From NCBI GenBank assembly GCA_051362555.1, contig CM120646.1:17856001-17920000 (forward strand): a stretch of 64,000 bases of DNA, in the 5' to 3' direction. This document shows, one piece after another, positions 40,801-53,833 of the stretch. The notes under the pieces are model-generated. The model was not told the DNA's origin. It ran no database searches and saw only the letters and a list, made by a program, of their open reading frames with translations. The position numbers and the translations under genes were made by a program. Numbering within the stretch: the first letter of the stretch is position 1; each line of letters opens with the position of its first letter. Source of the DNA: Lingula anatina. Taxonomy: Eukaryota > Animalia > Brachiopoda.

Positions 40801-43800
40801 TTCTACGAAATTGACAATCTGTACTGGGCTCGTAACTTGAAACCATCAAGCATTGCAATCGAGTGCAAGAGTCTCGAATCCATAACTTGCCCATACTCAC
40901 CCCATATAATACACTGTAGCCTCCATGTGATATTGCTATTTGCAATACACGATGCTTTCAAGTTACGGGGCCCAGGTATTTTAACTTACCTTGCTGTAGA
41001 CACTTCCGGTGACTTGGATCTATTCCTTTGCTGCTTCTGTTGTAGTAGAAGAAGCGGCAAGATGAACAGCGGTAGATATTATCAGTCGTAGACAGAGAGA
41101 GTTTGACATGATCTCCACAGATGACACACACTGGGTCCGAGTTGCCCTGCGACCATTTCTCCAGCCCAGTGGCGGCTTCACTTCTGCTGCTGCAATTTTT
41201 CTCCAATGCTCTCAGAGTAGCATCCTGCAAGTTAACACAAAAAATCATAATAACATTCTAATTTTACTACCATCTTGCTCCCAATTCATTATTTTCCATA
41301 CTGTACAAAAGAAAACAAAACGAAAAGAAAGAAAAAAATCTGGACAACTTCTACCTTATTCCTTTAAGGAGGTGATTTTAACACAATAGAGAACAAGAAC
41401 TCTCATCTCAGCTGTTAATTGAAGATGTAACCATTACATTAACTAACCTCCTTTCTTGTTCCTTGGGTGAATTTCTGGAGGCGGCAAGCTCTGCAGGAGG
41501 ACTGTACCTGACCGTCCACCCGGGACACATCACAATCATCTGGACATTATAAAACAAAACATTTTTATTAAACTGTTAAGTGTATAATCTTTGGACCTTT
41601 TCTTATCAGGATACAGATAAAATACAAGTGAATGTTTTTTTTTCTCTTGGTGAGTGGGAATTGTCTTTTAAACCCATGATTAACTGAATGAGAGCTGATC
41701 ACGACTTTCCGACTTTCCTCACTTTTTTCTACACTCTACAATAAAAATATGTTATAATTCCCAAAATGCATTAAAGCAGTGGAGGAACAGAGGAGGGGTT
41801 GAGAAGAGCAGATGTATTTGGTCTTATTTGTGTGACAGAATGCATTTTTGCTGGGTTCACTTCTGGATGAAATGTCTAAGGCTAGAAACTGTAAATCTTA
41901 GCCAACTCAAAATATTTGACTATGGCAGTGATAAATTTGACTATAAAACAGAAAAGGACCATACATTTCATATTTCATTTAGTCAGATTCCAATGTTTGG
42001 CAATTTTGATAAATTGTGCTTTAATACTTTGATCCTTCTTTTCTATCCTGTTTGGTTCAAGCAAGGCACTCACCAGTTCCATTAATACATTTGAGACTTC
42101 TTTTCCCCTCAAGCACCTTGAAGTAGAAGCGAGCACAATTGCGACATGCTTTTCGTCCCTGAACAGTTATCAACTGTTTACTGCTGTCACCACAACATAG
42201 GCAAGACTGGGATGCTACTGGGAGTAAAAAACGAAAAAAAAAGTAAAAAAAATGGAACTATTTAGCAAACTTAAAAATATTCCCAAGAACACATGCTGGT
42301 ATTGTAATAAACGTTTTTAAAAATACTATATTTTAAAAACAAATTATATTGAGTTAGAATGTATTTAGTTCTTTAAAGTGTAACACAACCTTTCAAATGA
42401 ATGGCTAAATTTTTAAACCTGCATTCATTTACCTATTTCTTCTTCTTCTAACTGCTGTTTGAGACCCTGAGCAAATGCAGCTTTTGATTTATTCAACACA
42501 GCCCTGTTTAGCTGTAATTTCGCCTTCTGAAGAATACTCCGACCACTCCTAGTAGCAGCCTTCGCTGACCGCTCCAGCTGCTTCAGTTTCTCACGATCTG
42601 ATTGGTTAACTCTCATGGACATCCGACCATGTTGCTTTTGTTTAGCTTCCTCAATCTTCATCCGCTTTTCTAACGTTCTCTTTTGTTCCTGTTCCGAGAG
42701 CTTAAGTAACATAATATAGCTGGGTTTACGTTCTCTTTTCCCTTCCATGACAAGTGGTTTTTCAAAGAGTCCCGATTTTGGATCTGTGGAAAGCACAGGG
42801 GGGGGCACTAACGAATCCAAACCTCCAAATAATGACCCCTTTTCAAGGTCAACGTCCACACCACCTCTAGCATCACCAGCTGTCCCGGAACTGAGAGAGG
42901 TAAAATCGGGCATACCTGACGATTTTGTGCGTGGCAACTTCAGCTGCCTATAATCTTCAAAGTCATCTTCCTCCAGCAGCCGTTTGTTTGGTTTGATAAC
43001 ACGCGAAGACCTTGCTGATTTTGTTGGCAGCACAAACTGTTTTTTGGGAGTGTTCCGTGGGGTGGATGCAGGAGAGGATTTTGTAGATCTTGGAGATTTT
43101 TTCTCAGGGGGTGTAACTGGAACCAACTTCTTCTTTTGTGTTTTGCCATATTTTGCCTTTTTAAGAAGTTGCCTGACTTTTGTCTTTCCAAATACTTTTT
43201 TGTCTGTTTTATTTGTTTTAGATCCTTTTTCCGTTGTTTTGGTTGAAGCTTTTGCTGCAAGTTTCTGTTTTTCCTTGACAGATTTAAGTAGCGTCCTTGC
43301 AACATCTTTCCCAGCAGTTTTCTTCCCATGTTGTTTGGCTTTGTGAACAACTTTTTTTCTACTTAATGGTTCATCATCACTTTCATCTGAAGAATCTTTA
43401 TCGCTGCTTGATAAATCCACATCCAATGATTTTCCACTTTTCACTAACTGCTTTGCACTGCCCTGAAGACATATCTTAAATTTTGACCCTTTCACTGGTA
43501 AAAAGTGTCCCGGTTTCTTACTTACAGTTTTCAAATTGTGAGTTTTTAATGGTTTTGCTAAACCTTGGTCTACAAGATGCTTGTAAGAAGTCTTTGCTGC
43601 GATCTTTTTCTGAGAAACTGGAAGATTGGCGAAGTCACTACTTGCTTGTCTTTTGATTGGTTGCTTTTGTCTGAATAGACTTTGGCGTAGTTTTTCAAGA
43701 TTTTCATTAACTGTTGATAACCTCTTCTTAACTTCATTGCGCTGCCGGGCAGTGAAACCTTCAAATGTTGCATCTTCATCCTGAAAAATAATTTACAAGA

Positions 43801-45563
43801 GATTGAAACATCAAATATCATTAAAAAAGTTAGATCTCACTTAAAAAAAAAAATAATAAAAAAGGCCTGCTGTGCACTTTATCAATACTAAGTAGGCATG
43901 CATATGCATATTAGTATACCACTAAATAAATCGTGATGTACTACTCATTGGTTTCTTTCCTTTGTTTCATCTCTCCAATCATTGTTGAGTTAAAATAAAC
44001 ACCTTTCAAACATTATTAATATATTTAATTATGGTTGGAGTATTGGATCAATGCAATTGAGTATTATGTTATGCCATGCCCCTCCCAACCTTTTTAAGTC
44101 TGAATCAATGAAATCACACAAAACATCAGCTGTTTAAAGAAATATATCTTTATCATTTGTGATGAATTAAATGTTTGTCCATTCCATATGTAACCATTGC
44201 TGAACAAACAGCTTTCCAAATACTTATCTAAATTGTACTTGAAGACCTACTTGTGGACCAGCCTTTTCTATCAATTTTTTCTAAACCATCCACATCTTTG
44301 TCCTCTAATGCACCTATTTAGTCATTTATTAATTCACTTCCCTGCTTATCAATTTTAATTTCTTATTATTATGAAGAAACCATGCAGGTTTCATCCTCCT
44401 AAACATAAACAAATGCACATACAGATGATGTCATATCTGTAAATGTTGCAAAATGGAAATGGAAATTTCGCAGCCAATTCATACTGTCTAGGTAAATCAA
44501 GATGAAAGGAGAAGATTTATCTATTATATGCAAAACCATACTTGTCTCGAAACTAGACACTGTTGATACCAATACAAAAGAGGAACCCACTGCTTTTTTC
44601 TGAAGATGATCATATTTGTCTCAAACTACACTTCCAAGTATTGTTAAACAGGTGATTTCATTTCTGGTTTGATATTGGAAGAGGATTCATATGATGACTG
44701 TCATTCTAGATGGCTGTGGCCAGCCACGAAACCTAATATACCTGTGTTGTGTAGTGCACTGCAGGTTAACTATTTAAAGTGTAGATCAATTAAAATATGA
44801 GTAGCATCATTCATTAAGATATCTAATATATTATTTGAGACAGAAAGATTTTGTATCATTATTCTTATTTCTTATTATTGTCAATTTAAGAACCATTCCT
44901 CCTCGTGAAATAAATGCACTTCAACTTGACACTGTCAGTGACAGTGACAGCTAGTCCAAGTGTCAACACACGTCACATTGTTGTTCTACCGTCAGCAAGG
45001 CTGAGCACACAGGAGAGATTTAAATATTTATTATAGCACCATCAGCATAAACATGTAATATCGCCTGAGCTGGTTGGATGTATCTATACCCTTAGAATCC
45101 CGCATGGGGCACACTTTGTCTGAGCTAATTTTCTGATCGTAAAAGCTGGAGTAATTACGATGACCTAGTTTCACGATTGTCAATTTCAAAATCAAAATTA
45201 AAATCATCATGCACCCCTGCATGACAAAATATTCCAATAGAATGTTCACCTAACATGTGCAGGGCCAACTTCAGGGCTACAAAGTGTGATAAGCGTTATG
45301 TGCGTTCAGAAATTATGACTTCATTCAGAATATTTACGGAAATCGTTCGAGTTCGCCATGAGGTTTACACCGTAGCAGAAAGGAGAATACTTTACCGTGT
45401 CTGAGTCACCAAAGAGCTCATAAAAGCAGCGCAAGCCACGGTGGATATTAGCTACAAGCTTCAATGTTGCATCTTCTGTCTTTCGAGACTCATCCTTTCC
45501 ATAACGCACACCCTTTCGGCCGAATCTGAAACCTGGTCGCCCGGGAAAGCGCAACCTCGCCAT
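16402..45563 (-). CDS. KMT2A: Histone H3K4 methyltransferase, trithorax / KMT2A-KMT2B (MLL1/2) orthologue, ~39 coding exons
   Basis: N-terminal menin-binding motif [11 protein letters not shown] (45563) and LEDGF-type motif DEDATFEGF (43780); [14 protein letters not shown]; CXXC ([15 protein letters not shown]|DMPKFGG); PHD1-3 (36464-34278); bromodomain; ePHD ([15 protein letters not shown]); FYRN ([15 protein letters not shown]); FYRC (FEITSDDG); Win motif GSARSE (~18085); SET ([23 protein letters not shown]) and post-SET ending RKYLN* at 16402. Confidence 0.96.
20656..28681 (-). other. Giant 8026-bp coding exon of KMT2 (FYRN end, disordered region, C2HC finger, AT-hook array)
   Basis: ORF 20644..28671, bounded by an acceptor before 28681 and the donor TTG|gtaagt at 20656. 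Confidence 0.9.
37194..37335. repeat. 46-bp tandem repeat (x3) spanning a KMT2 exon/intron junction
   Basis: TCAGTT(T/A)CTAGACCTCCTTAGTCAGTTTCAA recurs at 37194, 37240 and 37286. Confidence 0.9.
40176..42217 (-). other. Two tandem nuclear-receptor-like C4 zinc-finger (DBD-like) domains within KMT2
   Basis: In-frame exons 42217-42074, 41539-41448, 41224-40990, 40294-40176 encode [27 protein letters not shown] and [26 protein letters not shown]. Confidence 0.8.
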
Positions 45564-48500
45564 CTTGGATTTTTACCAATGGATAAAATGGCGACCGAGC
45601 ATAGCGTTAAGCAGCTGTTAAGTTATTTACTGCAAACTATCGATCGAGAGAACGTCTTGCTTTGGTTCTTATTTTTAGCTTACAAATTTATTTAGTGCAT
45701 CTTTATGCAAAGTGAAACAATTTTTCTAGACTCATCTCCGAAGTTATGAATATTTGAAATTTAGGGAAACGTCCTTTTCGCACTGCTATGCTTGTTCTGG
45801 GCATAATCTCGTGTAAACTCGCGAGGGGTTACTTACGCGCCATTTCAATATTTGTCAACACCGATAACAATGTAAAAGCGCGTGGGTCTTTTACATATCA
45901 ATAAAGCAAAGAATAGAATAATAGGACATCATCCGATTTATTTTCATTTATTTATTAACATATTTATTTTTTGATGTAGTTTTTACGCTTTGATGTTACA
46001 TTTCACCACATTTTGTAACTTTTAAATTTATTACCTTGTAAGCATTTAATCATGTTTAGGCCTACTAATTACTAGTATTTTGTGAAAAGGCCTACAAAAG
46101 TGACAAATGTTTTCTAATAAAAATATATGTTTAACTTGGCGTGGGGTTCGGGGCCCGATAAAAGGCCCCGAAAAAAATTGGTATTTTAGAGGGCGAACGG
46201 TAGGCCTACCATTTCGTACGTTTATATCGAACTATGATTCAGTTGTTTTTTTAGTCAAAATTCTAGTTCCAAGAGAGGACATATATATCTTTGGCTAATT
46301 TTTTATTTATTCATTTTTTCTACTGCCCAGCGAGAGTTTTTGCATGACATTAATGCCATTGTTAATCTGGTTCAGACCCCTTTTAATTTGAAGGGTCCCA
46401 TTGGGTATTTTTATTATCCGTGAAAACCACTTTTTTTCGACCCGAGATGCGTGAAACGTTCATTCTAGTGACTCGCGAATGCGGCTTTTTATCCTTCGCC
46501 CTCCGTGGAACGAACTCACTATACCCGGTGATGCGTGATTTTCAGGCTTTTCGATTCGCCTTATGATATGATATGATAAAGTTTTATTTTTATTTACTGT
46601 ATTTCCCGTGAACTGTGATACCCCCCCCCCCCTCCCCCGGGGTATTGTACGCAATCGTCTAACAGAGATCGTGATGATAGTTGAGCCTGTTTTTGGATTG
46701 TCGGATTTCCCGGCCTGGTGTCAAGTGATCTTGACAAAGTAATGGCTCTGCACCCGTACGTTAAAGTAAAATGTTAACATACACGCCGTAACCCGACGAC
46801 ATTTAGCCGTCAAAACATCAGACGGAGAATAGTAGCAGATTTCATCAGATGCAATATCGTAAAATGTTAAGTGTAATATGACTGCCATTGCATAAATGGC
46901 ATAATTTTTTAATTCTCTGGGAATTATTGTGCACCTCATATGTGATAATGATTGTTTACATTTTCGTTCAAAATCAATCCATTTAAATAGATAAAATTAT
47001 CGTGTTACTGATAAAAAATTCAATTTATTATAGTGACGACGACTACGAGTGGAGGCTTTCAAGCATTTATTCACGTAGTTACTATTCATACAAATTCACA
47101 AGTATTTATTCCCTTTTCCCTTTTTTTACTGATCACGTATTTACTTGTTTTCGTTACATCATCTCTTGAGTTATTAATAGAAATTTTCGGTTATCATGTT
47201 GCATTCCTCCATTCAATATTTCCTTATTTGGTAAATTCTAAGAGAGCGTTTTCAATTAGAATATCTAAAATATTATTTGGAATACTTGGTCATGGATAAT
47301 ATCCAAAGCTCAGTTAACATGCGTTATGCAGGTGGCAGAAAATTATAAGTTGACTGTAAAATCAACCAATCAAATAAAACTTAATTTGACTTTGGTATTT
47401 TCTGTCTTTTTGTAACTCCAAAACAATTTTTACACTTGTTGACTATTAAGGAAAACTTGCAATCAATCCTATCCTTTTACTTATTTGATTTCTCTTTAAT
47501 TATTACTTGCAATTAGTGAAAGTGTAAGTCATTAATTTTACAACAAATTTGTTTCACAAAACTAACAAAAAGTGTATCATCATTTTGTGTAATATACTAA
47601 GTACTAGCATACCGTTATAGCAGTAAAAGTGAAAGTACATTAAAAATATACATTTGTATATCAGAATTTTGGCATACGTCAACTCAAGAAAACAAGTCTT
47701 GCAGATACAGTAGATACCTAAGTGCTAGCCGTTTAGATCCGGACCAATGGTCGTACCAGCGAGTGTCGCTTCCCTTTAGATTCAATGCCTCCACCCCCGA
47801 ATGCCAGAAATGCGTACCTCAGTGAGATATGAGACGCAGAGCATGTGCCCGTTTTCTCTCGACTCTCTGTTAAAAATTTCAATGAGAAGGGATGAAAAGA
47901 AAAGCGATACGAAATTGTTCCTCCCCCCCCCCCCCACCACACCCTCTGTCTCCAACCACCCCTCTCTCCCTTAGCCAAATCTTGAGTACGCCATTGTTCG
48001 GATCAAAGGATCGATAGGCTACAAATATGTGTGTTAATTAACGCAACACATCAATCTAGCCTGTGTGTATAGTTATAAATTATATAAAAAGCATCCCGTA
48101 ATATCAAAAATTTAAAGTAATGTCTTAAAGTGCGTAAATTAATACACGGATAAAGTGTTACACGTTTTGTTCACGCCACTACGTACTGTGTATTCATAAT
48201 ATTTGAATAATGTATGGTTAATAGACGATTATAAATGGAAATAAAATAAAATGTTACACAGTAATATGTTGCTTATAATTCAAATGACATCAAAAATGTA
48301 TTTGGGTACAGCAATAACAGTGTTTACACTCTTTATATAAAGGCAAGTATTACCTCACCCAAGCAATTCTGTCTAATAAGTAATATTAAGCCAGATTAAA
48401 GTCTTCATAAGTGCTACTTATGTTACGGTAAAAACATGTATGGATTAGATTTTTGAAATCTGGAAAAGTTTGTGGAATTTTCATCTTAATTGCTATCTGT

Positions 48501-49268
48501 TATCTTAATACCTGTGTACGAAACACGTAAGCACTAGAACTGTTTGCTAAAATAATCAAATTACCACCAAGTATCAGGATTTCGCACGATTTCAGTAACA
48601 ATAATCTAAATGCTATACTAAAATATAATAATATTTCATTTACATTAAACGTATTTTCTTCAACAAATAATAATAATGATAAAATAATATACAATGACTT
48701 AAAATTAATACTCAATAAATCACATTTTATAGTGACAAGGTGAGATTTATTCAACGAATCCTTGGGTGAAATATTTTCTTTCAAATAACAATACACATTT
48801 TAGTAAATGTCACCAAAGATACCGCGTGTATAAAACATTGTCACAATTTACAAACGTGATTTCACAGCAATACTTTACTGACATAAAATGACACGTTAAC
48901 CTTACATAAACGACGCTTCAATTGTTGAGGTCAGTTCCGTTAAAGGATTCAGGACCTAACTGTTAAAACAACATTTAATCTGCTTTGTTCCAAAGTAAAC
49001 CATTACTTATCTATATAAGATGAAATATTTAACCTGTTTTTTTTTTTTTTTTTTACGAAAAAAATTCCCAATGCCAAGTAGTGTTATCCCGAAGCGAAGA
49101 AAAACAAAATGCTGATCCAAAAGATAGGGATTTCAGTTGTGACATCAGCCTTTGGACTTACATTGTACGTACCAAGAAGTTATAATGAGACTTCTTGTAC
49201 GTACCAACTATCAAAGGCAAACGCGGGAGACCAAGTCAAGGCAGTGAATATACACATATACACCCGCC

Positions 49269-50531
49269 TCACTTAGCCTTACTCTTTTTAACAACGTTCA
49301 ACATTGCTTCTCTAATTTCTTTATTCAATAAACCGTAAATAAAAGGATTGGTAGCTGAACTTAAGAATGCTAATTCGACTGTCACATTGTAAAGGATTCC
49401 AAAAAGTACTTTATCGTTGAAGTATTTCTCACAAATGACCATTATAACATTGGGGATGTAGAGCAGCGTGAAGGTACCTACCACTATCGCTGTCATTATT
49501 GCAACCTTGATTTCCATTTCATTAACGGATTTGTCTGCAAGTTTTGCACTGGGTGGAGATTGAATCGTTGACTTTGAATGGTGGACTCTCTCTTCTGGTT
49601 TTACAGGAACATCTTTGTTTCCATGGTGTTCCTCTCGGCAACGTGCAGAGTGTCCCGTGGTTTTAACCGATGCCGCGCACTCCTCAGACGAAATGGCAAG
49701 AACTAAGTTACTGATACTGCTTGTAGTGGTCGAGCTTTCTGAAATTCTCTCACTACTTGTAGATGCTGGGGTCTGCTGATGGATATTGCCGTCTTGCTTC
49801 TTCTTTTCCTTGGCAGCGTATTTCTTCATTCGATTTCTATGTTCTACGACATAACACAAAATAGCTACATACAGCCCAAACACTGCCAACATGCATATTA
49901 CTGCATGTGGTACAATAACGAACTGCTTATGATGTGGTACAACTCGAAGAGTTCTGCATTCTATCTCAGGGGACCAATTATTCCAACCAAGCAAAGGAGG
50001 GAGATTCATAGCGGTACTGTAGATCCATGTCATAATTATAATTATAACAAGCCTCTTCTTAGAAAACATCGTTCTATACTGGATGCTTCGACAGATCCTG
50101 AGGTATCTTTCGACTGCAATGAGTAGCTGATGAAAGACGGACACAAACATCACCCCGGAGCCAATGCTCATCTTTGCCACACAGAAGTATTTTTCTGATG
50201 AGAGGTAGTTTAAAGCCGGCACATTGTCCATGAAGTACGCGTTTATAATACATACCGGTATGACTAGCAGTCCCGTGAGGAGATCAGCAACTGCAAGGCT
50301 GTTCAAGAGGTAATTTGACTGTTTTCGAAGTTTCTTAAAACGTACGAAGGCCAAGATGAAGAAGCTGTTGGCTACAACTGCTGCCAACGCTAGGATGATT
50401 TCTACAGTGATGAACGGCATGCATGTTAACCCAGTGCAAGATCGCGTCTCTGTAGACGTATTGCTTTCGTTGAAAGTCATATTATCAAAAATGTCCAAAT
50501 CTTCGTCTACTTGAAATGTATCGTTTTTCAT
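49269..50531 (-). CDS. Intronless class A (rhodopsin-like) GPCR, adenosine/amine-receptor-like orphan, 420 aa
   Basis: Seven hydrophobic segments; SLAVADL (TM2), TM3 Cys and ERY, TM4 W..PPLLGWN, NPFIY (TM7); N-terminal N-glycosylation sequons. Confidence 0.92.
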   Translation of the reverse strand: MKNDTFQVDEDLDIFDNMTFNESNTSTETRSCTGLTCMPFITVEIILALAAVVANSFFILAFVRFKKLRKQSNYLLNSLAVADLLTGLLVIPVCIINAYFMDNVPALNYLSSEKYFCVAKMSIGSGVMFVSVFHQLLIAVERYLRICRSIQYRTMFSKKRLVIIIIMTWIYSTAMNLPPLLGWNNWSPEIECRTLRVVPHHKQFVIVPHAVICMLAVFGLYVAILCYVVEHRNRMKKYAAKEKKKQDGNIHQQTPASTSSERISESSTTTSSISNLVLAISSEECAASVKTTGHSARCREEHHGNKDVPVKPEERVHHSKSTIQSPPSAKLADKSVNEMEIKVAIMTAIVVGTFTLLYIPNVIMVICEKYFNDKVLFGILYNVTVELAFLSSATNPFIYGLLNKEIREAMLNVVKKSKAK

Positions 50532-50607
50532 CTTGGATTCGACCTTTTATGGGAGTCAATCGCAGAGTTGTACCTACAGACAACTGTCTGGGAGCGTGTT
50601 ATACTGG

Positions 50608-50615
50608 CTTTTATA
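50608..50615 (-). promoter_or_regulatory. Candidate TATA box of the GPCR
   Basis: TATAAAAG on the minus strand about 80 bp upstream of the ATG. Confidence 0.5.
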
Positions 50616-52737
50616 GCAGTCTTGCTATTGATGCAATTGGCTTGAAATTGGCGGAGGAACACTATCAGTTGTCGTTTTTAGCCACGTGAGGCGCGGCAAG
50701 TCCACGGAATTCCCAGTAAGCCCATGACTTCTCTTGTCAGTGATAATTAAATGTGTTTATTTCAATGCATATTAGTTGGAATGTACAAGAAAAAGGACGG
50801 CACCGGTTAATATCTGATAATTGATGGCTTCGCAACGTACGCTTTTTATAAATCTGTTCAGTCGTGAATTGAGCTCATCTCCATCGGAAGCATACAATCA
50901 AAGATGCGGCATATTTGGCACTCGGAGTTATTATTCACAATTAGAGCACACTTACGACCAGTTCATAACCCTCTACTTCCCCCTGTGAGTGTTCGGTGGT
51001 TCTCGATGCGACAACACGTGTCAGTTTATAATGTGCTTTGGTATGACCGGGCATAGAAAACTTACCGAAAGTGGATGCGAGCAATTCCAGATATTGGCTA
51101 AAGATATAATGTCATGCTGATATCACTGATCAATAAGTAAAATAATTCATGGATAAAAACCCTGTTGCCTATAATTGTTGCCAACACCAGAACGATTTCT
51201 ACAGTGACAAAAGTGCAGCGTCTCTGTCCGCGTTTTGCTTTCGATAAACGTCAAATAACTTAAAATGTCCAAACCCTCACCTAATTTCCTAATTATTATG
51301 TCCTCTTCTACATCGAATTTAAGATACGAAACTGAGTTTTGCAAATAAAAAGTGAACATGAACGAACAGTACTCATAATGTTTTCATTTTAAATTATTGA
51401 TATATATTTGTCAGAGGTGATATGTACAAAAACTAACGCTATCATTGTTTTCTCTGTTCAAGAGTTCAAGACAGTGTCCCACATGAAGATTGTGTAACTC
51501 AAATTAAATATGACATGAAGTTAAATAGTGGGGGATGGAGGCTGGCAGCTTAAGTATCATACAGAAACACTGTCCATACTTGAAACTATTAATTTAATAC
51601 GTAAGATTTTAAAGCTCGGTGACATGATTTCACGCCTGATTGTTAACAGGGGAAACTGGGGCTATTTGGCCCAGTAAGACACTTTTGGCAGCTCCTTAGG
51701 AAGCAAAGATATCTGGCCAGGTACTAAAATCTTAGACATAAAAACAAGGTAAGCAGCCTTTTCGACTTTTTGTGAAACACGACATAGTCTTGGTTATTTT
51801 AGTATCACTAACATTTTATCCAAAAAAGCTGATTTATTTTTGTGAAACGAGTGCCTGGATATAATATCTTAGAGAAAAGCATCTTGACAAATTTGGATAA
51901 ATCAAAAGCAGATTAATAAATTCTTAAATACTATACATTTTCTAATATTAAATTAGAATATAGTGAGCATTTTACTATAATGTACTATGTTTCAGTGATC
52001 CCAGAAACGTGGTTTTCTCACTTATCCTCGGCTTGCTTCAGAGCTTCAACAACGCAGTCAAAATCTTGCACGCAGCTATCATTTTAAAAATCTGCAAGCC
52101 CCCCTTCCCCTCCATGGGGATAGACTTTCTGGGGCTGGGCTTGGGCCTGGAGCTTTCTCCTTGTCAGCCATTTTTGCCCTTTCTTAAGCTTTTTTGATGC
52201 AGTCCACACTCTTAGACTCCAAAAGTTGTTATATGGCTGTGGATGCCTCAGTGAGGATGTGTCTAAACTTGCAGGATACAATTTTCTGGACAGCCTTATA
52301 TAGACTTTGGGACAGTGGTCTAAAGTGGGAATTCCATCAAGTCATAGCAATATAAATTTTGCAGCCTTGATCATGAACTGCTCTCAGGGGCAGTAACAAA
52401 GATATTTTCTGATAGTCTTCCAAGTCATCTTTGTTGATCCATCCTTCATTTCTGACCATCTTCTGACAGAAAAAAATAGATGCCTGTCAATGTAAACTTA
52501 AAACTTCTGACTGTTTTCCGGAAGACCCAGAAGACGACTTCCTTCCACCCCTGTTGCGTGGGTTTGAATCCTCCTCCAGCAGCCTTGGAGACTGAGAGGC
52601 ATAAGTGGGTCATTTCTGTTGGATGGACTCACATCCATTACAGACTTGCTTTTGTGTGCGTGTTGTAGTATTCATAACTGGATTTTATCAACAACATTAA
52701 ACTCTTTGTCATATCTTCATAAGGCATGCAGTTTTTG

Positions 52738-53790
52738 TTACCGAATGGTAAAACTCATCAAGTCAAAGGCTGCTGTAACTTTCTCCAACCCAAAACCTTC
52801 TTGTGCTTCTTTGAGTAGAGTCAAGACACTGGGATCCTCCTGTAAAATTGACATATTGTAAATATATATATATATATTCTTTTAATCAAAGTTCAATTTA
52901 TTACAACTGTTGGTCCAGGAGCAGTATAATTAGCTAAAACACATTATAATGGATAACTGAAATAGTGGCAATTGATTTATAAAGGCTAGTTTTGTTTAAC
53001 TTTATATAATATATACATCTCTAATTTGAGAATGCCTCTTTATTTATGATCCCAAACTAATTCCCGAACTAAATTATTACCCAAACAAGCATTCTCTTTG
53101 TATACACAAAAATCAGTCCCCATTTTTATACCGATGTCCCAGACCCTCCTTGGAGGCATACACTGGGTTCCCATGCCGAGATCGATCCATCTGGATCAGT
53201 CTAACTCCCTGGGGGTCTCACTAACTACCGAATCAGCTAGGGTAAAGATAATTACCCCCTAACAGCTTTACTAGGCGTGACAGACATTTAAGCCGGTTAA
53301 GTTGACAGCAATTAAGTGAGACTCCCCAGGGAGATAGATCGATCCAAATAAAGTGGGAATGGTCCCATACTCACACAGTCATCAGTGATCTCTGCATTAA
53401 CTGGCCTGTACCTCTGACTGAAGTGAGTTATTATCAGGTGTCTGGCTCCTATCATATTAGCAAATGCTGCTGCCATTGCTGCAATTTAAAAAAAATGAGA
53501 AACATCAGTCATCCACGTTTTTATTTCAAAAGGAGATTTGTCCTTTTGAACTATACATATAATGGTGTTCACATGCGTTCAAGCTTACACTGCCTTAAAA
53601 AAGACTGATGTCAACAATACATTGGTCTAATCATATAATGAACTCTTCAATGGTCCAAACATTCCTTTCCAAGTTAAAGACAAAGAGTTCAAATATTTTT
53701 TTTTTCATTAAATTTAGAAATAATTATATACAAGTGAAGGTTGATCTGCTATTCCTGCTTCATTTTTCTTACAAAGTACATTTTTCAATA

Positions 53791-53833
<43 letters not shown>

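Noticed and set aside
47745-47997. Possible small element with CAATGG(T)CGTAC inverted ends
   Set aside because: The inverted repeat is short and imperfect and no TSD could be established.
53230-53265. CCCTAA-like sequence suggesting a telomerase RNA template
   Set aside because: No 1.5-copy telomeric template, and no identifiable pseudoknot or H box on the sense strand.
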